From Acidimicrobiia bacterium (lineage in GTDB: Bacteria > Actinomycetota > Acidimicrobiia > Spongiisociales > UBA5794), in the NCBI GenBank assembly GCA_024762335.1, contig JANTHO010000004.1, positions 5,614-69,613 of the forward strand: DNA of 64,000 bases, read 5' to 3'. Shown piece after piece: positions 8,515-17,544 of this stretch (the stretch's first letter is position 1; each line of letters opens with the position of its first letter). Made by a program: the position numbers and the translations under genes. The notes under the pieces were generated by a model. That model searched no databases and had not been told where the DNA came from. It saw nothing but the letters and a program-made list of their open reading frames with translations.

Positions 8515-9534
8515 TCAACTCGTGCACACGTCGGGAGCGTAGATGCCCTCGACACGGCCGGAGGGCTCGGTCGACGTGACCGGACCCCACAGGAGGAGAC
8601 CGTCTCCGTCTGCGAGTTGGAAGAGATCGGTGCCGGCGGCAGAGATGTAGTCGACTCTGTATGACTTGTAGATGTCTTCCAGGGTCTTCACCGTGTCCCC
8701 CACCCGAAGACCCGACGGGGTCGACAGATCGAGCTGCATGGTCGGCACCGAAATCGCGTCGAACCGATAGCCAGCGAACGTTCCGTCGGCGATCGTTCCC
8801 GACACGACCGCGGTGAGGCCGTCCCATCGAACGAACCGGCCGTCATCGCCTTCACACAGACCGAGCTCCTCGCCGGCTGCACCCGTCTCACTCGGTTCAC
8901 CGATGCTCGATACGAGACGTCCGAGCGCCTCGTCAGCGGGCTCGCCGAACGCGATGGGGCCGATGCCTCCCGACTTGAGGGTGAGAGAGGAGAGGGGAAT
9001 TGGGTCGCCTACGGATGCGATCGTCCCGGGGGAGGGGATGGTCGTCGATGGCACAGTCGTGCTGGTCGTGGTTGGTGTCGTCGTCGTGGTGGTGGTGGGC
9101 GGTTGCGTCGTGGTGGTGGGGATCGTGGTTGCGGCCGGAATGGTCGTTTCGGGAGCGGCCGTTGTCGCGCCGGTGCCGTCGAGGAACCCAAGGGCGAAGA
9201 GGGCGATCACGATGACGGCGGCGCCGGCGATCAGCACCGGGATGAGCCAGATGAAGTTGCGGCTTTCGTCGGATGCGGTCTCGGGGCCGGTTTCTGGAGG
9301 GGGCTCCGACACTCCCGGGTCTCCTTCGGTCGGGCTCGGCGACGGTACGGGATTCGTCGCGGTCGCTCCTCCGGAGGCGGCAGCGACCCCGGCCATCACG
9401 GGAGCCGCCTGCTCGGCGGGAGCACCGACACGCACATCGATCCACGGGCGCCCGCAATGAGGGCAGCGTGACTCGTCGGCCGGTCGCGCCGTTCCGCAGT
9501 AGATGCACAGGGGAAGATGGGTCGACGTTGACAT
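8515..9534 (-). CDS. Zinc-ribbon + TM + Thr-rich linker + uncharacterised external domain (paralog of 5526..6452)
   Basis: CIYC..CPHC at N-terminus, one TM, poly-Thr, C-terminal LLWGPV...GIYAPDVC; ATG at 9534 is 8 nt after TATCCT. Confidence 0.8.
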   Translation of the reverse strand: MSTSTHLPLCIYCGTARPADESRCPHCGRPWIDVRVGAPAEQAAPVMAGVAAASGGATATNPVPSPSPTEGDPGVSEPPPETGPETASDESRNFIWLIPVLIAGAAVIVIALFALGFLDGTGATTAAPETTIPAATTIPTTTTQPPTTTTTTTPTTTSTTVPSTTIPSPGTIASVGDPIPLSSLTLKSGGIGPIAFGEPADEALGRLVSSIGEPSETGAAGEELGLCEGDDGRFVRWDGLTAVVSGTIADGTFAGYRFDAISVPTMQLDLSTPSGLRVGDTVKTLEDIYKSYRVDYISAAGTDLFQLADGDGLLLWGPVTSTEPSGRVEGIYAPDVCTS

Positions 9535-9672
9535 GGGTGTTGAGGATACGTACGGGTGTTGAGAATGCACGGATTTCGGACGGCGGTTCGTCCGGGGTCG
9601 GACCCACGATGCCGAATCGGTGGTTTCGCGGTACCGTGAGCCCATCGTCACGAGCATCGGGAGGAGGCCGGC

Positions 9673-10101
9673 ATGAACGATCAACGATCAGACACGGCAG
9701 ACTGGGTGGTCCCTGCGATTCTCGTGGGTGTCGGTGTCGCGCTGCTCGGTGCATTCATCATCGTGCTCGTCCTGACGGACACCGGACGGGCTCAACCCGA
9801 AGGTCTCGTCGAGGAACTCGATGTGTACACGCGGTGCCTCACTGATCACGGCGCGAACGTGCCGCGTATCGAAACGCGAAGGGATGGAGGATTCTCCGTA
9901 ACGGTGCCGGGGTCGATGATCGAAGAAGGGCTTGACACCGATGCGATACGCGAGGCCTACGACCAGTGTGCCGACGTCGCTCCCGACCTGTTCGGAGGGC
10001 TGGCCGGGCTGCTGACCGACGGCGTGCTCGGTGGCTGGTCGCACGGGATCCCGGGCGGGTTGTTCGACGACGCCATCCAGGAAGTGATCGAAGGCGTCTG
10101 A
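9673..10101 (+). CDS. Hypothetical membrane-anchored protein
   Basis: GGAGG RBS, N-terminal TM, two Cys (CLTDHG, YDQC), normal amino-acid composition. Confidence 0.7.
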   Translation: MNDQRSDTADWVVPAILVGVGVALLGAFIIVLVLTDTGRAQPEGLVEELDVYTRCLTDHGANVPRIETRRDGGFSVTVPGSMIEEGLDTDAIREAYDQCADVAPDLFGGLAGLLTDGVLGGWSHGIPGGLFDDAIQEVIEGV

Positions 10102-10224
10102 TCGAGGCGGCAGGTCGCGATATCGCAATGTGAGCGAGTGCGGTGCTATCCGGCGATCGTCCGTACTCTTGGGGAGACGGAACGAGGCGCCGTCCGACCG
10201 CGGGCGACCTCCGAAGATTCGGGG

Positions 10225-10253
10225 TTCACAAATCGTTCCAGATGTGTGATATT
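10225..10253 (+). promoter_or_regulatory. Possible sigma70-type promoter for the sigma-factor gene
   Basis: TTCACA-17 bp-GATATT in a locally AT-rich patch upstream of ATG 10331. Confidence 0.3.
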
Positions 10254-10330
10254 GAGTTGCTGCTCGGTCTGTGGAGCGCTTCATCGGACCGTGTCGGGTG
10301 CACTGGATGACGTTGGTGGAGGATCACGCG

Positions 10331-11380
10331 ATGACAAACCGCTCGAATTCGAGCAAAGCCGTCCTGAATCGGGCGGCCCGTGAACGTGAGGAAGCGAAGG
10401 AGCGTGTCGATCGTGACACGCTGCAGCGCACACGGCGCGAACGGGACCGTTCGAAGCTCACCGACGAGCGGGGACGTCTCACGACTGATCTCGTCAGCCA
10501 GTATCTGACGGCGATCGGAGAGTACGAGCTGCTGACGGCTGAGAAGGAAGTCGACTACGCCCAGAAGATCGAGAGCGGTCAGACGGCGCAGGATCGGCTC
10601 GACGGCGGCGAGTACAAAGGACGTGCGGAACAGATCGCGCTTCGCCGCCAGGCCAGACGCGGGCAGGAGGCGAAGGATGCGTTCCTCACGGCGAATCTCC
10701 GCCTCGTCGTCGCAAACGCCAGGCGGTATGCGAACACATCGGGAATCGACTTCCTCGATCTCATTCAGGAAGGCAACCTCGGGTTGATTCGCGCCGTCGA
10801 GAAATTCGATTGGCGTAAGGGGTTCAAGTTCTCGACGTATGCGACGTGGTGGATTCGCCAGGCCATCACCCGCGCGATCGCCGACAAGTCTCGGACAGTA
10901 CGAATCCCGGTTCATCTCCACGACACGCTCGCCGCCGTTCGAGCCGCCCAGGCGAGCCTCAAGGCCGAGCTCGGCCGTGATCCGAAACCCGAAGAGATCG
11001 CCGAGGAAGCGGGCGTCGACGTCACGAAGGTCGAGCTCGCGTTGAGCGTCGCCGACACGGTTTCGCTCGAGCAGCCCATCGGCGAAGACGGTGCTCAGCT
11101 CGGCGACTTCATTGAGGATGAAGAGGCCGTCGACCCAGTGCGCGTGACCGAAGAGCTGGACATCGCCAACAGCCTCCGGAAGTCGATCGAGCGTCTCCCG
11201 GAGCGGGAGGGCCGCATCCTCGCGTTGCGATACGGCTTCTACGACGGTGTGCCTCGCACGCTCGAGGAGATCGGCGACGAGTTCAATCTGACCCGTGAGC
11301 GGATTCGTCAGTTGGAGAAACTCGCGCTGTGCCGTCTCCGGCATCCGAGCTTCGGTATCCGCGAACAGGATCTCGTCTGA
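10331..11380 (+). CDS. RpoD-like sigma-70 factor lacking region 1.1 (group 2-type)
   Basis: Region 1.2 VSQYLTAIG; region 2 [46 protein letters not shown]; region 4 [18 protein letters not shown]; GGAGG RBS. Confidence 0.93.
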   Translation: MTNRSNSSKAVLNRAAREREEAKERVDRDTLQRTRRERDRSKLTDERGRLTTDLVSQYLTAIGEYELLTAEKEVDYAQKIESGQTAQDRLDGGEYKGRAEQIALRRQARRGQEAKDAFLTANLRLVVANARRYANTSGIDFLDLIQEGNLGLIRAVEKFDWRKGFKFSTYATWWIRQAITRAIADKSRTVRIPVHLHDTLAAVRAAQASLKAELGRDPKPEEIAEEAGVDVTKVELALSVADTVSLEQPIGEDGAQLGDFIEDEEAVDPVRVTEELDIANSLRKSIERLPEREGRILALRYGFYDGVPRTLEEIGDEFNLTRERIRQLEKLALCRLRHPSFGIREQDLV

Positions 11381-11460
11381 TTCTCTGAGAACCGCATCGA
11401 TCGACATGGGTCCGCCTTCGATGGCTAGCCTTCGATGTGGAACTTCTGGAGGGAGTCCTC

Positions 11461-11829
11461 ATGCGTGTCGAAGCACTCGTCGGCGGGGCATCCGACGTCG
11501 TCGGTCCTGAGACCACCCTCGGCGATGCCGCCGGGGTGTTGATCGCTCGCGGAGTCGGGGCATTGGCGGTCGTGGACGGAAGGAAGTTCGTCGGGATCAT
11601 CACCGACAGAGATCTGGTGAGGGCGATGGCCGACGGGGTCGATCCGGACGAACCGGTGGCTTCATGGATGACCGATGGGCCCGATACGGTCCCACCGGGT
11701 GTGAGCGTTTCGGAAGCCGCCGACTGGCTGCTCGAGACCGGGTACCGGCATCTCCCGGTTGCCGTCGGCGACGAACTGCTCGGGATCGTCGATATCCGCG
11801 ACGTCCTCTGGGCCCTCCGCAAAGCCTAA
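11461..11829 (+). CDS. CBS-domain pair protein
   Basis: GIITDRDL, YRHLPV, GIVDIRDV; GGAGGGAG RBS before ATG 11461. Confidence 0.88.
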   Translation: MRVEALVGGASDVVGPETTLGDAAGVLIARGVGALAVVDGRKFVGIITDRDLVRAMADGVDPDEPVASWMTDGPDTVPPGVSVSEAADWLLETGYRHLPVAVGDELLGIVDIRDVLWALRKA

Positions 11830-11880
11830 CGACACGAACCCAGGGTTCTCTGCGCCCTATATGCGGTCTCGGGCCCGCGG
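11830..11880 (+). repeat. 51-bp dispersed repeat, copy 2 (left inverted repeat of nuclease gene)
   Basis: CGACACGAACCCAGGGTTCTCTGCGCCCTATATGCGGTCTCGGGCCCGCGG, starting immediately after the CBS gene TAA. Confidence 0.95.
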
Positions 11881-11937
11881 TATGGTTGGTCGATCAGACC
11901 TCTAGCTTCGGGGGCCGATTTGTGGCAGCTTGTTGCC

Positions 11938-12870
11938 ATGAATCCAGATCGAACTGCAGGCACGATCGCCGCTCGACAAGGCGGCGCCATCCGTCCCGAA
12001 CAGGCATTTGCCTGTGGCTTCACACGAGGTCAGATCGACCAGCGCGTCAGGGACGGACGTTGGCGATCGATCGGTCGATTTGGATATCGGGTCATCGAGA
12101 TGCCGGGATCGATGAACCTGGTGCGAGCAGCCGTTGCGACGCTGCCGGATGCCGTGGTGTCTCACGATACGGCGGCCGAGATGCACGGCTTGTCCAAACT
12201 CCGCAGAGGCGTTGCCTCAGTCCTGGTGCACTCGCGTACGACCCATGTCTTTCCGGGGGTGATTGTCCACCGGTGCCACGATCTTCTCGACGAACACTTC
12301 GTCGAGATCGACGGTCTCCCGGTCACGACGGCAGCGCGAACGATCGTTGATCTTGCCCCGTTTCTCACGGCGAGGCACCTCACGGCTGTGCTCGCCTCGG
12401 CTGTGACCGAACAGCACGTCTCCGCAGATGCGGTGCAGAATGTTGTGGGTCAGGTTGCGAGACGCGGCAAGCCCGGCATTCAGAAGATCCGACGGATTCT
12501 CGAGGAACGTGAGCTGGGGCCGAGAGACGGCACGCAGCTTGAGCGCAAAGGGGCCGAGGTGCTTCGGGCCGGCGGCCTGCCTACGCCGCGATTCGAATAT
12601 CCGATCCCCTGGGATCCAACCCGACGATTCGATGCTGCCTACCCGAAAGGGCGTCTCGCTATCGAGTGGGATTCCCGTCGTTGGCACGAACTCGTGGAGG
12701 CGTTCGCCCGTGATCGACAACGGGATCGCGAAGCCATGCTTCACGGATGGAGACTGATCCGGTTCACATGGGTGGATGTCGCCCGGCACCAGCGTGACGT
12801 CGTGGAAACGGTACGACAGTTGCTGCTCGCCGATCCGGCGTCGACGTCACTCTCTCATACCGCGGGCTGA
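11938..12870 (+). CDS. AbiEi-antitoxin-like N-terminus + DUF559/Vsr-like PD-(D/E)xK endonuclease domain protein
   Basis: ARQGGAI..Q...G....I..RV..GRW; VVSHDTAAEMHGL; GLPVTTAARTIVDLA; RFDAAYP..RLAIEWDSRRWH..RDRQRD....GW.LIRFTW. Confidence 0.85.
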   Translation: MNPDRTAGTIAARQGGAIRPEQAFACGFTRGQIDQRVRDGRWRSIGRFGYRVIEMPGSMNLVRAAVATLPDAVVSHDTAAEMHGLSKLRRGVASVLVHSRTTHVFPGVIVHRCHDLLDEHFVEIDGLPVTTAARTIVDLAPFLTARHLTAVLASAVTEQHVSADAVQNVVGQVARRGKPGIQKIRRILEERELGPRDGTQLERKGAEVLRAGGLPTPRFEYPIPWDPTRRFDAAYPKGRLAIEWDSRRWHELVEAFARDRQRDREAMLHGWRLIRFTWVDVARHQRDVVETVRQLLLADPASTSLSHTAG

Positions 12871-12910
12871 CAACGCCATATAGGGCGCAGAGAACCCTGG
12901 GTTCGTGTCG
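12860..12910 (-). repeat. 51-bp dispersed repeat, copy 3 (right inverted repeat of nuclease gene)
   Basis: CCGCGGGCTGACAACGCCATATAGGGCGCAGAGAACCCTGGGTTCGTGTCG. It contains the nuclease TGA stop and abuts the ATPase gene stop at 12911. Confidence 0.95.
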
Positions 12911-15259
12911 TCAGGGCTTGGGGATCCAGACGAGGGCGATATCCGAGATCGCGATGTCGTTCTTCTCGAGACCGATCCCCACCTCTTCGATGACGGCGGC
13001 CTTCTCATCCCACTCGGCGACGAGATCGGCGACCTCCCTCTGGAATTCATCCTGGATCTGCTGATACTCATCGACCTTCTCATCAACTCTCCGGGATGCA
13101 TCGGCTGCTCTTCGTTCAGCCGCCCGGCGCTGCTTCATCGATGTGGTCACGCTGCGTGAACGGCTGCGCCCTGAGAGCAGGTCGAAGACAGCTCCGGCCA
13201 TCATGTCAAGGTCGCCTGCGCTGGCGTCGTGACTCGCCGCTTCGGCTCGCGCCCCGGCCTTGTCGATGGCGGCCTGGATGCGGCGCAATTTCTTCTCATA
13301 GCGGCGTCCGACGGCTTCGGCAGCATCATCTGACTGCTCGTCTGCTTTGAGGCCGCACCGTTCAGCGAAGCTGTCTCGAGACTCTCCGACCCGCGAGTAC
13401 ATCTTCAGCTCGGGGTTCTTGAAGATCATGATCCTTCCGTCGCGATGCAGCCGCTCCTTGAAACCTGCCTCGAGCGACCTCCAATATCCCTTCGAGTCGA
13501 TGCGAACGTCGGGGAGGAGGTGCGGAGCCGGGATGGCGGGATTCTCCGTCAGGTCCCTCGGGTCGTAGTCCACCTCGATCGCTCCCGACGGATCATCGGA
13601 AAGTGGATGGAGCACGGCTTCCCACTCGGCGCTGTAGTCAACTCCGGCACGGACGTCGTCGTAGCGCGCACGGACACGTACCACAGCGGCCGCTTCGAAA
13701 TGGTCCGGGACATTCGACGCCCCCACTGAAGTGGCCCACGACGCTGCCGGATCGAGGTAGAACACCGGGATTCCCTCCGCGACGGGGGGCATGACGGGGA
13801 CCTCCGTGTCTCCGGTCAGAGTGCCCTGGTGAGTCGGGGTTGTGATCGGAGGGACGGTCGATCCGGATGAGGTCTCGCCATTCTCCGTGAGCAATGAGAT
13901 CTGGCTCGTGGTGAGCGGTCCGCGCAGGTACGACATCGCCCACCGTGTCGTGAACACGACGGGCTCTGCATCGTGTGTGTTGTGGAGGAGGAAGGAACGT
14001 TTCGACAGCCCGGAGATCTGGTCGCTCAGCGCAGCGACATCCGCATCCCCTGACGCCGACTCGAGGGCTTCGACGATGCGGGCCTTGTCCCGTTCGGTCT
14101 GGAGTCGCCCGATGCACCACGTCCCGGCGTTCGACATGGCCTTGTAGTCGAGATCGACGGGATTCTGCGTGGAGAGCAGCATGCCGACGCCGAAGGCCCT
14201 CGCCTGCTTCAGCAGCGTCAGGATCGGGCGCTTTGCAGGAGGATTCGCCGTTGGAGGGACGAAGCCGAACACCTCGTCCATGTAGGCCATGGCCCGGAGC
14301 TCACCAGTTCCCTGTTGGCGCCGCATCCAGGTGATCAGCTTCGAGAGCACCAATGTCACGACGAATTGACGTTCCTGCTCCGAGAGGTGCGCGATGTAGA
14401 TGACCGCGGCCTGTGGCTTGCCGTCGCTGTCCCAGAACAGCGACGCGATGTCGATCGGCGCTCCTTCCATCCAGGTGGCGAAACCGGGAGACGCCAGGAG
14501 ACCGTTGAGCTTCATCGCAAGGTCCAGCCGGTCGTCGGGCGGAAAGAACGTGTCCACATCGAACACGCCGAGCTTGCGAATGGGTGGTCGCTGTATCCAA
14601 CCGAGCAGGATGTCGATACCGAGAGACTGGTCGTTTCTCCACGCGTACTCGACGAGGTTGGCGATGAGGATGCTCTCCCGTGAGGAGACGGGGTCTGCGT
14701 CGATGCCGACCATGCCGAGCAACCCGGCGGTGAATCCCTGGATCTCGTCACGCAGCGCTTCGGCATTGTCGCCGAATGGTTCCCCGGGTGCTGCGAGGGA
14801 CCCGATGACGTTGAGTGGCACACCGGCGGTCGAACCGGGTGTGTAGATGGTGATCCCGGCGCGGTCGCGAAGTGCTCTGATGTCATCACCGTCCAGCCCC
14901 CACGTGGCGAGACCGTTGGACCAACGTTCCGCGGTACTTCGTGCTGCTTCGGCGGTCGAACCGGAGCCGTCGGAGACCGAGGACGGATCGATCCACGGTT
15001 CGAAGTCCTCCGGGGCGAGGTTCGGAAAGGTCAGAGCGAGGTTCGTCATGTCGCCCTTGGGATCGAGGATCAGGGAGGGAATGCCGGACCGAAGGGCCTC
15101 TTCGAGGAAGATCACGCCCAGACCGGTCTTGCCCGACCCCGTCATGCCGACGATGACGCCGTGGGTGGTCAAGTCTTTCGAGTCGTACAGCACCCGTTCG
15201 GACGCGACGGGTTCACCCGTCTCAGGATCGACAGGGGCACCGAGGTAGAAGTCACTCAT
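12911..15259 (-). CDS. HerA/FtsK-like P-loop ATPase (DUF87/DUF853-type) with C-terminal coiled coil
   Basis: HGVIVGMTGSGKTG, LILDPKGD, AYMDEVFG, LKQARAFGVG..LSTQNPVDLDYK; ATG is 6 nt after TACCGT. Confidence 0.88.
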   Translation of the reverse strand: MSDFYLGAPVDPETGEPVASERVLYDSKDLTTHGVIVGMTGSGKTGLGVIFLEEALRSGIPSLILDPKGDMTNLALTFPNLAPEDFEPWIDPSSVSDGSGSTAEAARSTAERWSNGLATWGLDGDDIRALRDRAGITIYTPGSTAGVPLNVIGSLAAPGEPFGDNAEALRDEIQGFTAGLLGMVGIDADPVSSRESILIANLVEYAWRNDQSLGIDILLGWIQRPPIRKLGVFDVDTFFPPDDRLDLAMKLNGLLASPGFATWMEGAPIDIASLFWDSDGKPQAAVIYIAHLSEQERQFVVTLVLSKLITWMRRQQGTGELRAMAYMDEVFGFVPPTANPPAKRPILTLLKQARAFGVGMLLSTQNPVDLDYKAMSNAGTWCIGRLQTERDKARIVEALESASGDADVAALSDQISGLSKRSFLLHNTHDAEPVVFTTRWAMSYLRGPLTTSQISLLTENGETSSGSTVPPITTPTHQGTLTGDTEVPVMPPVAEGIPVFYLDPAASWATSVGASNVPDHFEAAAVVRVRARYDDVRAGVDYSAEWEAVLHPLSDDPSGAIEVDYDPRDLTENPAIPAPHLLPDVRIDSKGYWRSLEAGFKERLHRDGRIMIFKNPELKMYSRVGESRDSFAERCGLKADEQSDDAAEAVGRRYEKKLRRIQAAIDKAGARAEAASHDASAGDLDMMAGAVFDLLSGRSRSRSVTTSMKQRRAAERRAADASRRVDEKVDEYQQIQDEFQREVADLVAEWDEKAAVIEEVGIGLEKNDIAISDIALVWIPKP

Positions 15260-15298
15260 ACTCGAACGGTAGTGGTGTTCGTGGTGGCGTTCACTGAA

Positions 15299-15349
15299 CC
15301 GCGGGCCCGAGACCGCATATAGGGCGCAGAGAACCCTGGGTTCGTGTCG
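15299..15349 (-). repeat. 51-bp dispersed repeat, copy 4 (singlet; exact reverse complement of copy 2)
   Basis: CCGCGGGCCCGAGACCGCATATAGGGCGCAGAGAACCCTGGGTTCGTGTCG, abutting the TAA stop at 15350. Confidence 0.95.
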
Positions 15350-16357
15350 TTAGAGGCCGAGGCGTTGGCGGATGACGGAGAACGCGTCATCCGACTCCTC
15401 TGGGATCATGAAGGAGAAGCCCCGGTGACCCGTGAGCTTCTTCACCAGCTCCACCGACGCCGTTGTGTTCGTGGCCATCCCCGCGACGACGTCCGGTTCG
15501 TAGCCGAAACCGGCGATCACGCCCGAGACAGCGTACGGATCCGACGCGCACAACACGGTGCACCGGACGTTCTCCCCGAGCTCTTCGAGCACAATCTCAC
15601 CGTTGTACGGCTCGAGCGGGGATGCGCCGGCCTCCGCCACGACCACATCCGGGCGTCGGGAGGCAACGAGGGCGAGCAGGTCGCGGAGCCTCGAGCGAAA
15701 GAAGTCCGGATCGGCGATCGTCGACGGGAGGCCAACGTCCACGAAGTCGTAGATGTCGTCTGCGCCGGAGTCCCACATGGCAAGCACATCCCGGTAGCGC
15801 CCGGCCCCGGTGAGTTTCGTTCCGACGATGTGCAAGCCGAGTTCCTTGAGATGCCGGATGATGCGCTTGGCGGCCGTCGTCTTGCCCGCCGACATCGACG
15901 TTCCGATCACGATGACGGTCGGTATGTCGTAGATGACATCGGGAACCGGTGGGACGAAGTCGCCCATCGTCATCTTGCGACCGCCACGGGTCACGTGGCC
16001 CACATAGCGGAGGCGCATCAGCGGCGGCATGAGCGGAGCGATGGAGGTGACACGCCCGAACAGGCCGGCTGCCGTGAGAGCGTTGAACATGCCGTCGTCT
16101 CCGATGTGAGTCCAGTCGCCGACCGCTTCGAGTGTGGCCCTTCGAATTCCCCACGCTCCGACGACGAGATCCCCTTCGACCACTTCGATCATGCGTCCAT
16201 TGCGAAGCTCGACGCGTGAATACATTCCGGCCCGGCCGACGACTCGCCCGACGACGTAGTCGCCGGCGTCCCAGTCGTCGCGATTCCACGGTTCGATGTT
16301 GAACGGGTCCTCGGCGAGGTTCGAGATGCGTGTCAGGGACGAGAAGAAGTACTTCAT
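15350..16357 (-). CDS. DUF1611-like P-loop protein
   Basis: VIGTSMSAGKTT, KLTGAGRYRD, GADDIYDFVDVGLPST; translationally coupled to the upstream M20 gene. Confidence 0.7.
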   Translation of the reverse strand: MKYFFSSLTRISNLAEDPFNIEPWNRDDWDAGDYVVGRVVGRAGMYSRVELRNGRMIEVVEGDLVVGAWGIRRATLEAVGDWTHIGDDGMFNALTAAGLFGRVTSIAPLMPPLMRLRYVGHVTRGGRKMTMGDFVPPVPDVIYDIPTVIVIGTSMSAGKTTAAKRIIRHLKELGLHIVGTKLTGAGRYRDVLAMWDSGADDIYDFVDVGLPSTIADPDFFRSRLRDLLALVASRRPDVVVAEAGASPLEPYNGEIVLEELGENVRCTVLCASDPYAVSGVIAGFGYEPDVVAGMATNTTASVELVKKLTGHRGFSFMIPEESDDAFSVIRQRLGL

Positions 16358-17544
16358 CGTCGTTCTCCTCCGTGTCGCTGATCGAGCGGTTCCATCAATA
16401 GCGCGGCGAGCAACGCCGTGCGGGGGACGAGATTCGTGATGTCGATGCGTTCTCCGGGTGCGTGAGCTCCATCGCCGATGACTCCCAAGCCGTCGAGCGT
16501 CGCCGTGTATCGGCTCGTGGTGTTGCCGTCCGATCCGCCTCCCGCGGTCACCCCGGTGATGTCCATTCCGAGGGTGGCGCCGATTCGTCGGGCTCGTTCG
16601 AAAAGGATTTCGTTGCGCTCGGACCGAACCATCGGTGGGCGGCCGAAGCCGCCGGTGACGGTGACGGCGGCGCCGGGCGTCGATGCCCTGATGGAGCGGA
16701 TCTCGTCGTCGATCCGTTCGGCATCCTCGTCGCTCAGAACCCGTACATCGACGACCGCCCGGCTCGACGGCGCGATGACGTTCGGCTGGATTCCCCCCTC
16801 GATCGTGCCGACGTTCACCGTGATATCGCGGGCTCGGTCGTTGAGGGAGAACAGTCGTTGGATGATGCTCGACAACTCGAAGATCGCGCTCACGCCCGAG
16901 TCGGGGTCGAGGCCCGCGTGGGCCGCCTTGCCGTGAACCGTCACCGTGTAGCGAGCGATCCCCTTCCTCGCCGTCTTGAGGGACCCGTTGGGCCCCATCC
17001 CCGGTTCGCAGATGAACGCCCGTGCCGAGATCCGGGCCAGGCGAGCGATCGTCGCACCCGATTCGCGGCTTCCGATCTCCTCGTCGGTGTTGAGCAGAAC
17101 GAGGGGGCTCGCCGGAAGATCAACACCAAGCTCGTACAGCGTGCGCAGGGCGAAGACGATCTGTACGAGGCCGGCCTTCATGTCGAACACCCCGGGCCCC
17201 TTCGCCGTGTGTCCGGCGACGGTCCAGGGTCGAGTAGCCAGCGTTCCCTTCGGCCAGACCGTGTCGACATGCCCGACGACGAGCTGCGCCGGATGACATC
17301 GCGGATGGCGCCCCGGCCGGGCGAAGAGGTAGCCGCCGGAGTGATGCGGCGGTGACAGCCGATGCCGGTAGCCGATCTGGGTGAATTCGACGCCGAGACG
17401 TTCGAGTACCGGACGGGTCGCCGATGGATCGTCGGACGGGCTCTCCATGGAGACGAGTTCCTCACACAGTTCGAGCAGGGACTCCTCGTGGACACGGAGA
17501 AGCTCGAGGATCGTGGCAGGGTGGACGGTCGTCGTGACGTTCAT
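16354..17544 (-). CDS. M20 family metallopeptidase (glutamate carboxypeptidase G2-like)
   Basis: VGHVDTVW, GPGVFDMKAG, TDEEIGS, GKAAHAG, GGGSDGN, DGLG..GDGAH; ATGA overlap with the upstream gene fixes the start at 17544. Confidence 0.9.
   Translation of the reverse strand: MNVTTTVHPATILELLRVHEESLLELCEELVSMESPSDDPSATRPVLERLGVEFTQIGYRHRLSPPHHSGGYLFARPGRHPRCHPAQLVVGHVDTVWPKGTLATRPWTVAGHTAKGPGVFDMKAGLVQIVFALRTLYELGVDLPASPLVLLNTDEEIGSRESGATIARLARISARAFICEPGMGPNGSLKTARKGIARYTVTVHGKAAHAGLDPDSGVSAIFELSSIIQRLFSLNDRARDITVNVGTIEGGIQPNVIAPSSRAVVDVRVLSDEDAERIDDEIRSIRASTPGAAVTVTGGFGRPPMVRSERNEILFERARRIGATLGMDITGVTAGGGSDGNTTSRYTATLDGLGVIGDGAHAPGERIDITNLVPRTALLAALLMEPLDQRHGGERR

Larger units (their letters stand above)
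11830..12910 (+). mobile_element. Candidate 1081-bp element: AbiEi-like/DUF559 gene bracketed by 51-bp inverted repeats
   Basis: Repeat(+) - gene - repeat(-), the same geometry as the empty doublets at 29202-29322 and 45905-46035. No target-site duplication is visible; mobility is inferred only. Confidence 0.5.

Noticed and set aside
10225-10249. CRP-like site upstream of the sigma gene
   Set aside because: The half-sites are in reverse order (TCACA...TGTGA) with the wrong spacing.
11938-12870. Repeat-flanked gene as a RAYT (Y1/HUH) or DDE transposase
   Set aside because: No HUH + Tyr motif or DDE pattern is visible; the motifs fit AbiEi-like + DUF559 instead.
11938-12870. A complete type IV AbiE toxin-antitoxin pair
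   Set aside because: No adjacent AbiEii nucleotidyltransferase gene; the flanking genes are a CBS protein and an ATPase.
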